Counted from the stretch's first letter, positions 36,801 through 46,409 are shown. The stretch: DNA of 51,046 bases from Desulfobacteraceae bacterium (GCA_050115555.1 JASFQI010000001.1:1-51046); one strand, 5' to 3'. Made by a program: numbers and translations. Notes: a model not told the origin generated them from the sequence alone.

Positions 36801-37368
36801 GCGGAGGGAAGACGTCCAGCACGCCTCCGCGCACGGCGAAATCACCCTGCTCCTCTACAAGGGAAGTCCGCAGGTACCCGTTTTCAAAAAGACGCCGAAT
36901 CATGCAGTCGCGGTCGACTTCCTCGCCGGTTTCCAGGTAGTCCAGGGCATCCACCAGCGCGGTCTTGGGCACCAGACGAATGGACGCGGCTTCGGCCGAG
37001 GTGACGATCACGGCGTTCGACTGCTCGGTCAGGGCGAACAGGGCCTGCAGACGCCGAGTCACCACATCCCGATGGGGGCTCAACCCCGAAAGGGGGGAGA
37101 TGTCATAGACCGGGAAATCGTAGAGTCTGCGCTCCCCGAACGCCCCTTCTGACAGGGCGTCGGGCAGGAAGAACGCCAGCTCCCTGTAAAGACGGCGGGC
37201 CTCCTTGGCGTTCGCTGCGATCAGAAGACAGGGAACAGCCACCTCTTCGATGAGGCTGGAGAGCAGATAGCTCCTGGCGGCGCCGGAAATTCCTGCAACC
37301 TCTAGGTGGGGTGCACCTCGGGCGATGCGGTCCTGAAGCGTGGACACGATGGAAGGCTTTTTCAGCAT
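33880..37368 (-). CDS. mfd: Transcription-repair coupling factor Mfd
   Basis: 1162 aa. Contains a UvrB-homology N-terminus, a CarD-like/RNAP-interaction domain (EPVVHEEHGIGRYGG), superfamily-2 helicase motifs (GDVGFGKTEVA, DEEQRFG, QLRGRVGRS) and a TRG region. Confidence 0.95.
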   Translation of the reverse strand: MLKKPSIVSTLQDRIARGAPHLEVAGISGAARSYLLSSLIEEVAVPCLLIAANAKEARRLYRELAFFLPDALSEGAFGERRLYDFPVYDISPLSGLSPHRDVVTRRLQALFALTEQSNAVIVTSAEAASIRLVPKTALVDALDYLETGEEVDRDCMIRRLFENGYLRTSLVEEQGDFAVRGGVLDVFPPLLREPVRLEFWGDRLESMRTFDPLSQRSTGPLNELILLPASEILWSAASVERARSMGRLPAEMKEGGGFPGQEAWLNHFYDRLDTLLDYLPENGRAVRMDPAEITAEADRFVAKYQRDAERYRRDAEEREQPFPEIDGLLVSPAAQLKAGPQPRYLDFLELRIDAADSDAEIFPLEGISAIEDTLDLRLEGKGRVSLAPLAEKIEQWLQHGSRVVLVSRTEQQAGRLMEILANYRIHADGVMDGWQAIPDGKGVSLCLGRLSRGFAWPEQGLHVVSEDEIFGPKRSRAAPKKGPGVEGLNWTSFSQLQLGEPVVHEEHGIGRYGGLQKMEVAGKANDFVIVEYEGGDRLYVPADRISILQKYIGADEQTPKIDRLGGRSWDVAKRKARKSVREIARQLVELYALRSYRQGYAYGPPDNTFREFEATFEHEETPDQARAIDSVLEDMQSERPMDRLICGDVGFGKTEVAIRAAFKAVNEGKQVAMLVPTTVLAEQHYETFRNRMDPYGVRVGVLSRFKSRSEQQALVAQARSGKLDILIGTHRLLQKDVSFRDLGLLIVDEEQRFGVKQKEGLKKYRALVDVLSLAATPIPRTLHLSLMGVRDLSVIETPPEDRQAIQTYIVPYDEATIIHAVEHEIDRGGQVFFVHNRVQSIDFMAERIQSLLPRARIAVGHGQMKERELEDTMIRFLRKEVDVLVCTTIIESGLDIPSANTIILHEADRFGLAQIYQLRGRVGRSNQTAYAYLLLSDASRMTREAVKRLKALMDFSQLGAGLHLALHDLKIRGGGNILGFSQSGHIAAVGYELYVRLIEEAVSELKGEEWREEINPEIHVNLSAYLLETYVSDPDVRLNLYRRLSSLKESEELESLTSEMKDRFGSLPREVDNLLRLMSVRLLMKRLRIERLEITRKALNLTFAADTEVSAESLVRLVEANPRTMRFSSGNKLRIRPNAPGPRDALDELRTLLQGLEPPAGS

Positions 37369-37541
37369 GGCACTCCGTGAGGGTCCGTAGTCCCATCTTC
37401 TCCAGGCCCCGAGAGCCTTGAGAATATCGTTTCACGGGATGCGGAGGATTTCAGCAATACCGTTCGGGTTCCCTGATTTGCCTTGACCGCGCAAATCGAC
37501 CATGGGATAAGGGAACATCGTTCAACCAAGGAGTCTTTTTT

Positions 37542-37922
37542 ATGACAGACAGCGCGCAGGGAAACGCCCCGGGCCGTGTGATCGGCACCATCAAGAATCA
37601 GGAGAACCCGGATCAGAGCATCGATCTGGTTTTCCTTCCGGAGGAAAACGGATTTGCCACATCCGGCATCCGTCCTCATTTCGACCTTCCCGAGATCCTG
37701 ATCCCGGCCCATCTCGTGGCCCAGGATCTGAATCTCATAGGGGCCATCGTCTCCGCCATTCTCGAGCGCATCTCCAAGGCATGTGAACAGGACAACACCT
37801 TCGAGTACCCCTCCCGGTTTCAGGTCATGGAACGGGACTACACGTTGGAACCGAAGGGAGAGTTTGTGGTCCTGGGCACCAAGGGTGCGGATCCGGAATG
37901 GGTGGACGGCCAGAAAGACTGA
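37542..37922 (+). CDS. Hypothetical 126-aa protein
   Basis: A good SD (AAGGAG) lies 9 nt upstream of the ATG. It is divergent from mfd. No family recognised with confidence. Confidence 0.55.
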   Translation: MTDSAQGNAPGRVIGTIKNQENPDQSIDLVFLPEENGFATSGIRPHFDLPEILIPAHLVAQDLNLIGAIVSAILERISKACEQDNTFEYPSRFQVMERDYTLEPKGEFVVLGTKGADPEWVDGQKD

Positions 37923-38089
37923 CACCGCTCCGGTCCCCCCCCCATTCAGGCACGGGCTCTCCGCCCGGCCTCTCCTCCTCGAAAAACGCACGAGCCCGGC
38001 GGGATGCCGGGCCTGTACATGTGCTGTGCTCACCATGCAAAGGAAGCACACAGCGTGTGCGGACCCGGACCTTTGCTCGAAGAGCGATT

Positions 38090-38911
38090 TTAGTGGATGC
38101 AGGTCGCAGTGAGTGACGAGGAACCGTCCGCCTCGCTCTCGTCCCCGTGCCGGTCCAGGAATTCCAGGATTTCTCGGGCGTACGCCAAGGGCCTCTGTTC
38201 GTACGTGTTGTGCCCGCACTTGGGGAGCACAGCGAGTTCTCCTCTGGGGAGGCCTCGGTAGAAGGCCACGCCCTGCTCCACGTCGAACAGAAAGCTCCGG
38301 TCCGGGTAAAGGACCAGGGCCGGACACTGGACGGAAGGCAGCAGAGGCCGCAGGTCGAAAAACCCGGTTCCGTAAGCCCCTCCATGAACCCGAAAGAGAT
38401 TGAAAAACGTTTCCGCGTATCCTTCTCCGTGCCACCGGGTGAACTTTTTCTGAAGACTCGAATCGAGCTCCCTGAAACGTCTTGGGAACTTCTCCCGGTT
38501 GAAGTCCGGCATGCTCACCTTGCTGAAGCACTGGGTGCTGGAGACGGTGATGGAGCGGACATGCTCGGGGTAGTCCAAGGCGTAGTCCACGGCCAGTACG
38601 CCCCCTTCGCATTGGCCCACCAGATGAAACGTGTCCAACCCCATGGCTTTCCGCAGCGCGGCGAGCTCGCGCACGCCGCCGGCCCGAAATCCGTCGCTGA
38701 CGTAATCCACAGGAAAGTTTTCATCCTTCTCAGAACGACCGTATCCCCTTCGGTCATACAGAACAACCCGGTACCCCCGGTCCAGAAACACGGGGTAGAT
38801 GTCCTTCCACATACGCGTGCATCCGAAGCCGTGGTGCAGGAGCACCATCACGTCGCCATGGCCATGGTCCTCGATGTAAATCCGGAATCCGTTAATGGTT
38901 TCAAAGGGCAT
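38090..38911 (-). CDS. Alpha/beta-fold hydrolase
   Basis: Trimmed to the ATG at 38911 (MPFETINGFRIYIEDHGHG), preceded by GGAGG. Oxyanion HHGFG, nucleophile elbow GQCEGG, and a C-terminal CGHNTYEQ (catalytic His). Confidence 0.8.
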   Translation of the reverse strand: MPFETINGFRIYIEDHGHGDVMVLLHHGFGCTRMWKDIYPVFLDRGYRVVLYDRRGYGRSEKDENFPVDYVSDGFRAGGVRELAALRKAMGLDTFHLVGQCEGGVLAVDYALDYPEHVRSITVSSTQCFSKVSMPDFNREKFPRRFRELDSSLQKKFTRWHGEGYAETFFNLFRVHGGAYGTGFFDLRPLLPSVQCPALVLYPDRSFLFDVEQGVAFYRGLPRGELAVLPKCGHNTYEQRPLAYAREILEFLDRHGDESEADGSSSLTATCIH

Positions 38912-39218
38912 GGGGCCTCCATGACCAGGTGCAGGATCGTTCCTTCGGCTGCAGGGGATTTTCGTTTGTAGCACAGCCGGTCGTGTCATGCAATCGTGGG
39001 GAAAGGTCGCGCTCCCACTCCGAGGTCCGGGCCCGTGCCCGAATGGTGGGGCGTCAGGATACGGTGTCCTGGTTGTATCCGAGACCGGTTTCCTGTATGA
39101 AAGGGCTGGAAACCGGATTCGCAAGCTTTATTTCGTCAGGACGAGACCCGGCTGAAGATCCGGAGAGTGCTTTTCGAATGAGGCAGTATTGTCAGGTCGA
39201 GCAGAACAGGAGGACGAT

Positions 39219-40604
39219 GTGACGTACCAACGATTGAATGAAACCCATCTCGATCGGCTTCGGTCCGTGGTGTCCCCGGATCGAATTTCCTCCGGGATCT
39301 CCAACCTGGAGCTCCACGCGAAGGACGAGTCGCACCACGAAGCCTGCCTGCCCGAGGTGGTCATCTGGCCGGAGGTCACCGAGGAAGTGATCGAGATCGT
39401 CCGCTATGCCAATGAGAACCGGATACCGGTGACTGGGTGGGGATCCGGCAGCAGCCTGGAGGGAAATCCCATACCCGTGTGCGGGGGGGTGGTCCTGAAC
39501 TTCAACCAGATGAACCGCATCCTGGATATTCGGGACGAGGACTTTCAGGCGGACGTGGAGCCCGGCGTGATCTATCAGGATCTCAACGAGAAGCTTCGGC
39601 ACAAGGGGCTTTTCTTTCCCCCGGATCCGGGCGCCCGGGCGACTCTGGGAGGCATGATCGCGAACAATGCCAGCGGCACGAGAACGGTGCGTTACGGTTC
39701 GACACGCCAGAACGTCCTGCGGCTGCGGGTAGCCCTGAGCAACGGGGAAATCATGCAACTCGGCACGCGGTCGTCCAAGACATCGTCGGGACTCGACCTG
39801 ATCAACCTCTTTGTGGGGTCGGAAGGGATCCTGGGCATCGTGGTGGAGGCCACGGTCCGGCTCACGGGTCTTCCGGCGGCGTTTTCAGCGGCCGTGGCCT
39901 CCCTTCCCACGGTGGAGGCCTGTGGTCGCTCCGTGTTCCAGATCATGCGGGCGGGGCTCAATCCGGCCGCCCTGGAGCTCATGAGCCCGGAGTGCATCGC
40001 CTTGATGAATCACGAGCGCGACCTGGGGCTGCCTGTCTCCCCCACGCTTTTCATGGAGTTTCACGGCACGGCCGAGTCCCACCTGGCCGATGTCCTGGAC
40101 ATGGCGCGCGAGCTCTGCGAAGAAGAGGGAGGAACCGCGTTCCGGGCCGGTCTGGGACGCGGGGAAAGGGACCGGCTTTTTCGTGCGCGGCACGAGTTGA
40201 GCGAGATGATTCGTCGTCGGCATCCGGATCGCACCCACAGCACGGCGGACGTGGCCGTGCCTATCGCGGCCTACCCCGACCTCATCGCCTGGAGTCGACA
40301 GGCCCTGGAGGAGGCCGGCATCCCGGGCTACATCTTCAGCCATGCAGGCGACGGGAACGTTCACCTGGTATTCATGGGGAAGACCGGGGACGCGGACGAG
40401 TGGGCCGAGATCAGCCGGATCTACGACCGCATGGTGGCACGGGCGCTGGCCGCTGGTGGCACAGCCACGGGGGAGCACGGCGTGGGGCTGGGCAAGCGAA
40501 AGTACATGGAGGCGGAGCACGGGGTGAGTCTCGCCTGGATGCGTCGTCTCAAGGACCTTTTCGACCCGCACCACATTCTGAACCCGGGAAAGATGTTCCC
40601 CTGA
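39219..40604 (+). CDS. FAD-linked oxidase (GlcD / D-lactate dehydrogenase family)
   Basis: Start taken as the GTG at 39219, with AGGAGG 5 nt upstream. FAD_binding_4 region (IPVTGWGSGSSLEGN) and a C-terminal GGTATGEHGVGLGKRKYM..NPGKMFP. Confidence 0.85.
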   Translation: MTYQRLNETHLDRLRSVVSPDRISSGISNLELHAKDESHHEACLPEVVIWPEVTEEVIEIVRYANENRIPVTGWGSGSSLEGNPIPVCGGVVLNFNQMNRILDIRDEDFQADVEPGVIYQDLNEKLRHKGLFFPPDPGARATLGGMIANNASGTRTVRYGSTRQNVLRLRVALSNGEIMQLGTRSSKTSSGLDLINLFVGSEGILGIVVEATVRLTGLPAAFSAAVASLPTVEACGRSVFQIMRAGLNPAALELMSPECIALMNHERDLGLPVSPTLFMEFHGTAESHLADVLDMARELCEEEGGTAFRAGLGRGERDRLFRARHELSEMIRRRHPDRTHSTADVAVPIAAYPDLIAWSRQALEEAGIPGYIFSHAGDGNVHLVFMGKTGDADEWAEISRIYDRMVARALAAGGTATGEHGVGLGKRKYMEAEHGVSLAWMRRLKDLFDPHHILNPGKMFP

Positions 40605-40732
40605 TTCGAGACCGCCCCCACAGCCACAGCCCGGCATGGGATGGGTGGGGAGTTTACGTTCCCTCGCTTCGGTCGCGGGGCGGTCTCCGCCTCACGATAA
40701 AGAGAAGCCGCGGCGGAAAAGGGCGCATTGGG

Positions 40733-41488
40733 CTAGAGGGATCGAAGCTGCTCGAGCAGGCTCCCCGCGGCCCGGCCGAGCAGCACGGTGTCTATTCCGG
40801 CGACGATGAGAGTGTACCCCTTTTGCACGAACGGGCGAACAGCGTTTTCGTCCATGCCGAAGATTCCCAGGGGAATGCCGGCACCAAGGCACACGTCCGT
40901 GACGTGGTCGATCGCGGCCGTCACCTGGGGGTGGTCGACGTCGCCCGGCCTGCCCAGGCTCGAGGAGAGATCATAAGGCCCCACCAGGACGGCGTCGATT
41001 CCGGGCACGCGTACGATGGCCTCCATGTTGTCCACCGCCTCCATGTGCTCGGCCTGAATCACCACGGTGACATTGTCGTTGGCCGTCTCGATGTACTCCC
41101 GGAATGCCAGCCCGTATCCGTGGGCCCGGCCCACCCCGACGCCGCGCATTCCCTCGGGCGCGTACTTGGAGAGGCGAACCACGCGCTCGGCCTGCTCTGC
41201 GGTGTTCACCATGGGGGCGATGACGCCTGCGGCGCCGATGTCGAGTGCTTTTTTCACAAACACCTCGTCACGGCCCGGCAGGCGGACCAGGCACGGGAGG
41301 GACGGACCCGCCCCCTGCAGGATGCGCTGCAGGTGATGGGCACTCAGGGGTGCGTGCTCGGCATCCAGGAAAAGCCAGTCAAACCCTGCACCGGCCAGGA
41401 TTTCCGAGATCTCGGGCGATGCCAAAGAAACAAGGGTGCCCAAAAGTCGTTCACCGGCGTGGAGCCGTCGTCGAAACGCGTGTTTCAT
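40733..41488 (-). CDS. HpcH/HpaI-family aldolase (or citrate-lyase-beta-like)
   Basis: Trimmed to the ATG at 41488 (MKHAFRRRLHAGERLLGT), preceded by GGAGGT. Motifs: GFDWLFLDAEHAP, VIQAEHMEAVDNMEAI, IDAVLVGPYDLSSSLG. Confidence 0.85.
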   Translation of the reverse strand: MKHAFRRRLHAGERLLGTLVSLASPEISEILAGAGFDWLFLDAEHAPLSAHHLQRILQGAGPSLPCLVRLPGRDEVFVKKALDIGAAGVIAPMVNTAEQAERVVRLSKYAPEGMRGVGVGRAHGYGLAFREYIETANDNVTVVIQAEHMEAVDNMEAIVRVPGIDAVLVGPYDLSSSLGRPGDVDHPQVTAAIDHVTDVCLGAGIPLGIFGMDENAVRPFVQKGYTLIVAGIDTVLLGRAAGSLLEQLRSL

Positions 41489-41843
41489 AGAGGACCTCCG
41501 CCATCGACATGGAGGGGTGCCGGGTCGGTCGTTGTTCCCGCCGAGAGGGGCGTATGGATGTGCCGTTGCCTCGTTTCCGATGCGACGGGGCATGGATAAG
41601 ACTATCGTACTCGACGGAGCCACGGGATGCAATTCCATCCTTTGCACAGAACCCACCCGGCGCCCAACCGCCGAAACCGTCCCTTGACCGGCATGCGGTG
41701 CAGGTTTGACCCGGACACCCTTCCAAGGTACAAAGGAAAATCAGGTGTCCCTCATGTTTTTTTGAAGACATTTTTTGAAGAAATGGAGGCTTCGTGAAGC
41801 TGGATTCGTGTCTCCACGGTACCTCGTTCCCGGAGCAAGACTC

Positions 41844-42803
41844 ATGACGAATGCCCAACGATGTCAGGAAATTGTGAATAACATTTCACAGGTGGTGGTG
41901 GGAAAGCAGAATGCGCTGGAGATGCTCATGGTGGCGCTCCTGGCCGAGGGGCATGTCCTGATCGAGGATGTTCCCGGGCTGGGTAAGACCTTGATCGCGA
42001 AGGCGCTGGCTCGAAGCCTGAACGCCACATTCAAGCGCGTCCAATGCACGCCGGATCTCCTTCCCGCAGACATCACCGGCTACAGCGTGTACAATCAGCA
42101 GGCAGGTTGTTTCGAGTTGCGGGAAGGTCCGGTCATGACCCATGTGCTTCTGGTCGACGAGATCAACCGGGCCATTCCGCGCACCCAGTCCAGTCTCCTG
42201 GAGAGCATGGCCGAGCGGCAGGTGACCGTGGACGGCCGAACGATTCCCCTGAGCAGGCCCTTTTTCGTCATTGCCACCCAGAACCCCATTGAGCTGGAGG
42301 GCACCTTCCCCCTGCCCGAGGCCCAGCTCGACCGGTTTCTCCTTAAGATCCGCCTCGGGTACCCCTGCAAGTCGGAGGAGATGGAGATCCTCCGGCGGTT
42401 TCAGACCACAGACCCCTTGGAGACGCTCCAGTCCGTCATCACCGTGGAGCAGGTGTTGGCATTGAACGAGGCCGTTCGACAGATCCACGTGGCTCCCTCG
42501 CTCTTCGAGTACATCGGGGACATCGCAGAGGCGACCCGATCCAATCGGGTGTTCCGCTACGGGGCCAGCCCCCGAGGAACTCTGGGGCTGATGCGCGCGG
42601 CACAGGCTCTGGCACTGCTCCGCGACCGATCCTTCGTGCTTCCGGACGATATCAGGGCCTTGGCACCTGCGGTGCTGAGCCATCGACTGATGCTCTCAGA
42701 GGAGGAGCAGCTTCGCGGAAGCGAGGTCGAAGGCGTTCTTGAAGGCGTGCTGGAACGCGTTCCCCTGCCCCCCCTGCGGAAGAGGGAAATCCAGGACCCA
42801 TGA
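41844..42803 (+). CDS. MoxR-family AAA+ ATPase
   Basis: Motifs: VVGKQNALEMLMVALLAEGHVLIEDVPGLGKT (Walker A), LLVDEINRA (Walker B), FFVIATQNPIELEGTFPLPEAQLDRF. Confidence 0.9.
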   Translation: MTNAQRCQEIVNNISQVVVGKQNALEMLMVALLAEGHVLIEDVPGLGKTLIAKALARSLNATFKRVQCTPDLLPADITGYSVYNQQAGCFELREGPVMTHVLLVDEINRAIPRTQSSLLESMAERQVTVDGRTIPLSRPFFVIATQNPIELEGTFPLPEAQLDRFLLKIRLGYPCKSEEMEILRRFQTTDPLETLQSVITVEQVLALNEAVRQIHVAPSLFEYIGDIAEATRSNRVFRYGASPRGTLGLMRAAQALALLRDRSFVLPDDIRALAPAVLSHRLMLSEEEQLRGSEVEGVLEGVLERVPLPPLRKREIQDP

Positions 42804-44014
42804 ACCCGAAATACGCACAGGCCGCTTCCTTTGCCCCGATCCCCACCCTTTTTATCGATCCCGTGCCACGTTTTTTCCTGGGTGTCCTGCTCTTCCTCGC
42901 GTTCCTGTTCGGAGCGGTCGACCTCGCGGGATTCTGCCTGGTGGTGCTGCTTCTTTCCACCGGGGCGAAGCTATGGCGGCGGGCGGCTGCCGCAGGGGTG
43001 ACGTGCCGCTATCCATCGGTCAAGCTGCGGGCCTTCCCCGGCGAAACCCTTACCTTCGGCGTGCACGTGATGAATTCATCCATACTGCCCGTAGCGGTGC
43101 GCTCCCGGCTGGCCGGAGCAGGCGCATTCGGGGGATCCGATCCTGGAGACGATCTCCGCGTCTGTAAGGTGGGGTCTCGAAGAACCATGCGCATCGACTG
43201 GGCCTGGAACGCCCCCGGGCGCGGGGTCTATCGTATCGGACCGCCTGTGGTCGAGGCAGGTGACGCCCTGGGGTTCTTCTTCACAAAAATAGACCAGGAA
43301 GACCCCCAGGAGATCGTTGTCTATCCGCGGTTGATTCCGATCACCGGCTTCGATGGGCAGCCCAGAGAGCTTTTTGGAAGCCTTCGGGCCCGGGGATTGA
43401 TTGAGGACCCGGTCAACCTGGTGGGCACTCGCGATTATCAGCCGGGAAGCCCGGCCCGCTCCATTCATTGGAAGGCCAGCGCGCGCCTGAGCCGTCTCCA
43501 GGAGAAGGTGTTCGAGCCCAGCCGAAGGGCACGGTTCCTCCTGACCCTGGATGTGCACGGTTTCCACGAATCCGACGACGACACGGGGTTTGAAGAGATG
43601 CTGGAAACGGCGGCGTCCATTGCACGACATCTCGTCCGGGCGGGCGCTGCTGTGGGAGCAATGACGAACGCCCGGCTGGAGGGAGGGCATTCTCCAGTCG
43701 TTCCCGCCAGTCGACGCCCAGGTCAGGTATCCTCCATTCTGGAAATGCTGGCCCGAATGACCATGGAGCCGTCCGAGGATCGACTTGGACTGATTCAAAA
43801 AGTGCTGCCCCGAACCCGGGGTGTAGCGCGCATTCATTTCGCACGCACCGCGGACAAGGCAGGAGGGTGCTTCGGTATCCTGTCCCAGGAGCGAGCCGCT
43901 TTGACCTGTGTCGTGGTGGCACGGCAGATCCCGGAAGCCACTTCGCAGGTCGCAGGATCCATGGAGATCCTTTCCATCGACCGGATCCGAGGGGGCGCTG
44001 GGCAAGCGCCATGA
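42800..44014 (+). CDS. DUF58-family protein (usual MoxR partner)
   Basis: ATGA overlap with moxR. Two N-terminal TM segments and the DUF58 signature TRDYQPGSPARSIHWKASARLSRLQEKVFE. Confidence 0.85.
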   Translation: MNPKYAQAASFAPIPTLFIDPVPRFFLGVLLFLAFLFGAVDLAGFCLVVLLLSTGAKLWRRAAAAGVTCRYPSVKLRAFPGETLTFGVHVMNSSILPVAVRSRLAGAGAFGGSDPGDDLRVCKVGSRRTMRIDWAWNAPGRGVYRIGPPVVEAGDALGFFFTKIDQEDPQEIVVYPRLIPITGFDGQPRELFGSLRARGLIEDPVNLVGTRDYQPGSPARSIHWKASARLSRLQEKVFEPSRRARFLLTLDVHGFHESDDDTGFEEMLETAASIARHLVRAGAAVGAMTNARLEGGHSPVVPASRRPGQVSSILEMLARMTMEPSEDRLGLIQKVLPRTRGVARIHFARTADKAGGCFGILSQERAALTCVVVARQIPEATSQVAGSMEILSIDRIRGGAGQAP

Positions 44015-45459
44015 AGTCCGAGGCCGAAAAAAGACTCTTGATCGGGTTCCGTATCGCCGCCGAGGCAAGCTGGGTGCTGGGATTGGCGGGCTTTTCCCTG
44101 TACATCGTTTCAAAGTGGCCGTTCCCCCTGTTTTGGGGTCTCATCGTGTTCCTGGCCTCGGCCGGGTTCACGCGCGGGTCCATGGAGAAGGGGTGGCGCA
44201 GGATTTCTCTCCTGGCGATCCACCTGGGCGGCACACTGGCGAGCCTCAGCCTGATTGGCCTTGCCGACGAGGGTTCCAGGAGATTTCTCTTCAGCCTGCT
44301 CAAGGGAGAAACGGCCCTTTCGCCCTCTGAGCTTGGCCTGGCGTGGATCGGGGTCTTGCTTACGGGTTTCTGGACCGTGGTACTTTGGCTGAAAGGGTCG
44401 GCCCTGGCCCGCAGACCGGCAACGTACGAGAGGGTATGCAGTCAGTTCGATCGGGGTGTGGCCTGCTGGGGGCTTGTTTTCCTCGCGGGGGCCCTGGCCC
44501 GGGTCCGATGGGGTGTGAATTTGGCATGGGGTCCGTCGGTACCTCTCTTTGCCCTCTTCTTCTGGGCGAGCGTGCTGACGATGGGCATGGCCTCTCCGGA
44601 GGCGCACGGGTCCGTCGACCCGAAACCGTTCCAAGGCCTTTGGACGCTCACAGGATTTTCCTTCCTGATTCTGGGGACGGGCGCGGGGATCGTCCTTTTC
44701 GCGATGCCGTTTCTCCAGCAGGGTACGCAGCTCGCGTTCCATGCCCTCAAGGAGACGACTTCCCCCTTGGGGCCGGTCCTGGTCCGGTGTTTGCGGTTTC
44801 TCCTCGCCCATCGGAGCACCCCGCCCGATCAAGGCCCCTCCCACCCCGGAGGGGGGGAGGGTTCGCTTCCCCAGGGAGGGGCGGAGGCGGAGATCGGTCT
44901 CCTGGAGGAAGTCCTGGGGTGGGGCCTCACCGGGTTTCTGGTCGCGGTGCTGGTGACCGTGCTGGGGGCGGTGGTCCTCCTGGGGTTGAAGACACTACTG
45001 GGGCGATCCGGCCCCCGAAGGTCGAGGGTTCCCCGAAAATTTTCGCTTGTCGCGTGGCTCAAGGAATGGATTCGCCTGTTTCGAGCACTGTCCGTCCCTC
45101 GTTTGATTCAAACGCTGAAGGATCCCGGGCCGGTTCGGCTCTACAGCCGCCTGGCGGTATGGGGCAAGCACAGCGGTCTGCCGAAGGGCGCGAACGAAAC
45201 GCCCAGTGAGTACGGTCGCAAGCTTTCCAGCGTGTTCATTTCCCTCTCAAGGGAGATTGAAAGGATCGTAGGACTGGTGAACCGGGAGGTCTATGGAGAC
45301 GCGTCGCCGGCGCAGGACGAGAGGCGGGAGGGACGGCGTGCCTGGAAACGCCTTCGAAGCCCCCGCTACTGGCCGATGCGTGTTCGGGTTTGGGTGAGGG
45401 GAGAAAGAATGAGCACACGAGTCGGAGGCACAGAGCCGGGGTGCCGGGAAAAGGGGTGA
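44011..45459 (+). CDS. Polytopic membrane protein with a DUF4129-like C-terminus
   Basis: ATGA overlap with the DUF58 gene, giving a start at 44011 (MKSEAEKRLL). Several hydrophobic segments are present. The C-terminal ETPSEYGRKLSSVF..REVYGD resembles DUF4129. Confidence 0.6.
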   Translation: MKSEAEKRLLIGFRIAAEASWVLGLAGFSLYIVSKWPFPLFWGLIVFLASAGFTRGSMEKGWRRISLLAIHLGGTLASLSLIGLADEGSRRFLFSLLKGETALSPSELGLAWIGVLLTGFWTVVLWLKGSALARRPATYERVCSQFDRGVACWGLVFLAGALARVRWGVNLAWGPSVPLFALFFWASVLTMGMASPEAHGSVDPKPFQGLWTLTGFSFLILGTGAGIVLFAMPFLQQGTQLAFHALKETTSPLGPVLVRCLRFLLAHRSTPPDQGPSHPGGGEGSLPQGGAEAEIGLLEEVLGWGLTGFLVAVLVTVLGAVVLLGLKTLLGRSGPRRSRVPRKFSLVAWLKEWIRLFRALSVPRLIQTLKDPGPVRLYSRLAVWGKHSGLPKGANETPSEYGRKLSSVFISLSREIERIVGLVNREVYGDASPAQDERREGRRAWKRLRSPRYWPMRVRVWVRGERMSTRVGGTEPGCREKG

Positions 45460-46409
45460 TAGAGGAGGGTGCGGTCGTCGGTTTTTCCAACCACCGCCCG
45501 GAAACCGTACCCCTTGCGGCCGGGTTCATGGAGTGTTTTGATACCATCTGTCTGGAGGATCCGCCGTCCAAGGCCTTTGTTCCCATGCTCGACCAGGAGA
45601 TGGCCGTGGAGGATTACCTCCTCACGCTCGACCTGGAGTACCCCGAGTTCGGCCGCCGCATGTGTACACTCCTACGCGAAATGCACCGTAAGGGGAAGCG
45701 GATCGTGCAGGTCGAGCCCTACCTTGAGCACTTGATTTCCATCCATGATCGGTTTGTAGCGGGCGCCGCGCCTGCGGATTTACCTGAAGACACCCCCGTC
45801 TCCGTGGTGTACAGGGCCGAACATGAGGCCACGGCCGCTCTGTTGGCCTTTTACAAGGCCGTGGCCGGCTCCGGGTTTGACGAGGTCATCCATGAGGTGA
45901 AGAGGTTCGCCCGGGCCGATGCCCGGCGGTTCGGGATCCGGGACCGGATGCGGGCCGAGGCCCTGGTACCCGTGATCGCCAGGGACCGATCCGTCTATGT
46001 CGAGGCCGGTCAGATGCACTTCGCCCTTCCGGGCTTTTTGCGTACGCTTCTTTCCGGTGCCCCCCGAATCCTTCCGCGATTTCTCACCGCCCCCACGGCC
46101 CGGGCCCTCGGCGGTCCCGCCCACCTTTACGGACCGGGCGATGTCCTCACCCTGCTCTACATTTTTCACCCGCACGGTCGCGATGCGAGGGAGGACCTGC
46201 TCGCGGCCAGGGCCCTAGTGTACAACAAACTGATCGAGAAGGAGGAGACGCAGGAAGAGGACGATGCGCTTTTCCATACGCGCGACGAGATCAGGGTCCT
46301 TCGGACGGTTCAGCGGTTAGAACTACAGGACTGCCGCCGTCTGTACCCGATCCTCCGACGCGTGGACTCCGGAGAGGCCCGGCGGGTGGTGAAGGATTAC
46401 CTTCGCTAG
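45456..46409 (+). CDS. Hypothetical ~317-aa protein, fourth gene of the MoxR operon
   Basis: The in-frame GTG at 45456 overlaps the upstream TGA (GTGA). ATG at 45528 is an alternative start. Soluble, with no family recognised. The TAG stop lies inside the start of repeat copy 2. Confidence 0.5.
   Translation: MIEEGAVVGFSNHRPETVPLAAGFMECFDTICLEDPPSKAFVPMLDQEMAVEDYLLTLDLEYPEFGRRMCTLLREMHRKGKRIVQVEPYLEHLISIHDRFVAGAAPADLPEDTPVSVVYRAEHEATAALLAFYKAVAGSGFDEVIHEVKRFARADARRFGIRDRMRAEALVPVIARDRSVYVEAGQMHFALPGFLRTLLSGAPRILPRFLTAPTARALGGPAHLYGPGDVLTLLYIFHPHGRDAREDLLAARALVYNKLIEKEETQEEDDALFHTRDEIRVLRTVQRLELQDCRRLYPILRRVDSGEARRVVKDYLR

Noticed and set aside
39107-39123. Sigma-54-like motif tggaaaccggattcgca upstream of the GlcD-like gene.
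   Set aside because: The GG-to-GC spacing is one nucleotide too long, and the -24 element lacks the CAC.
39437-41599. 720-aa plus-strand ORF spanning the glcD-like gene in another frame and running antisense through the hpcH-like gene.
   Set aside because: It overlaps two well-supported genes, has an Arg/Gly/Pro-dominated composition, and shows no motifs or start signals. It is a GC-content artefact.
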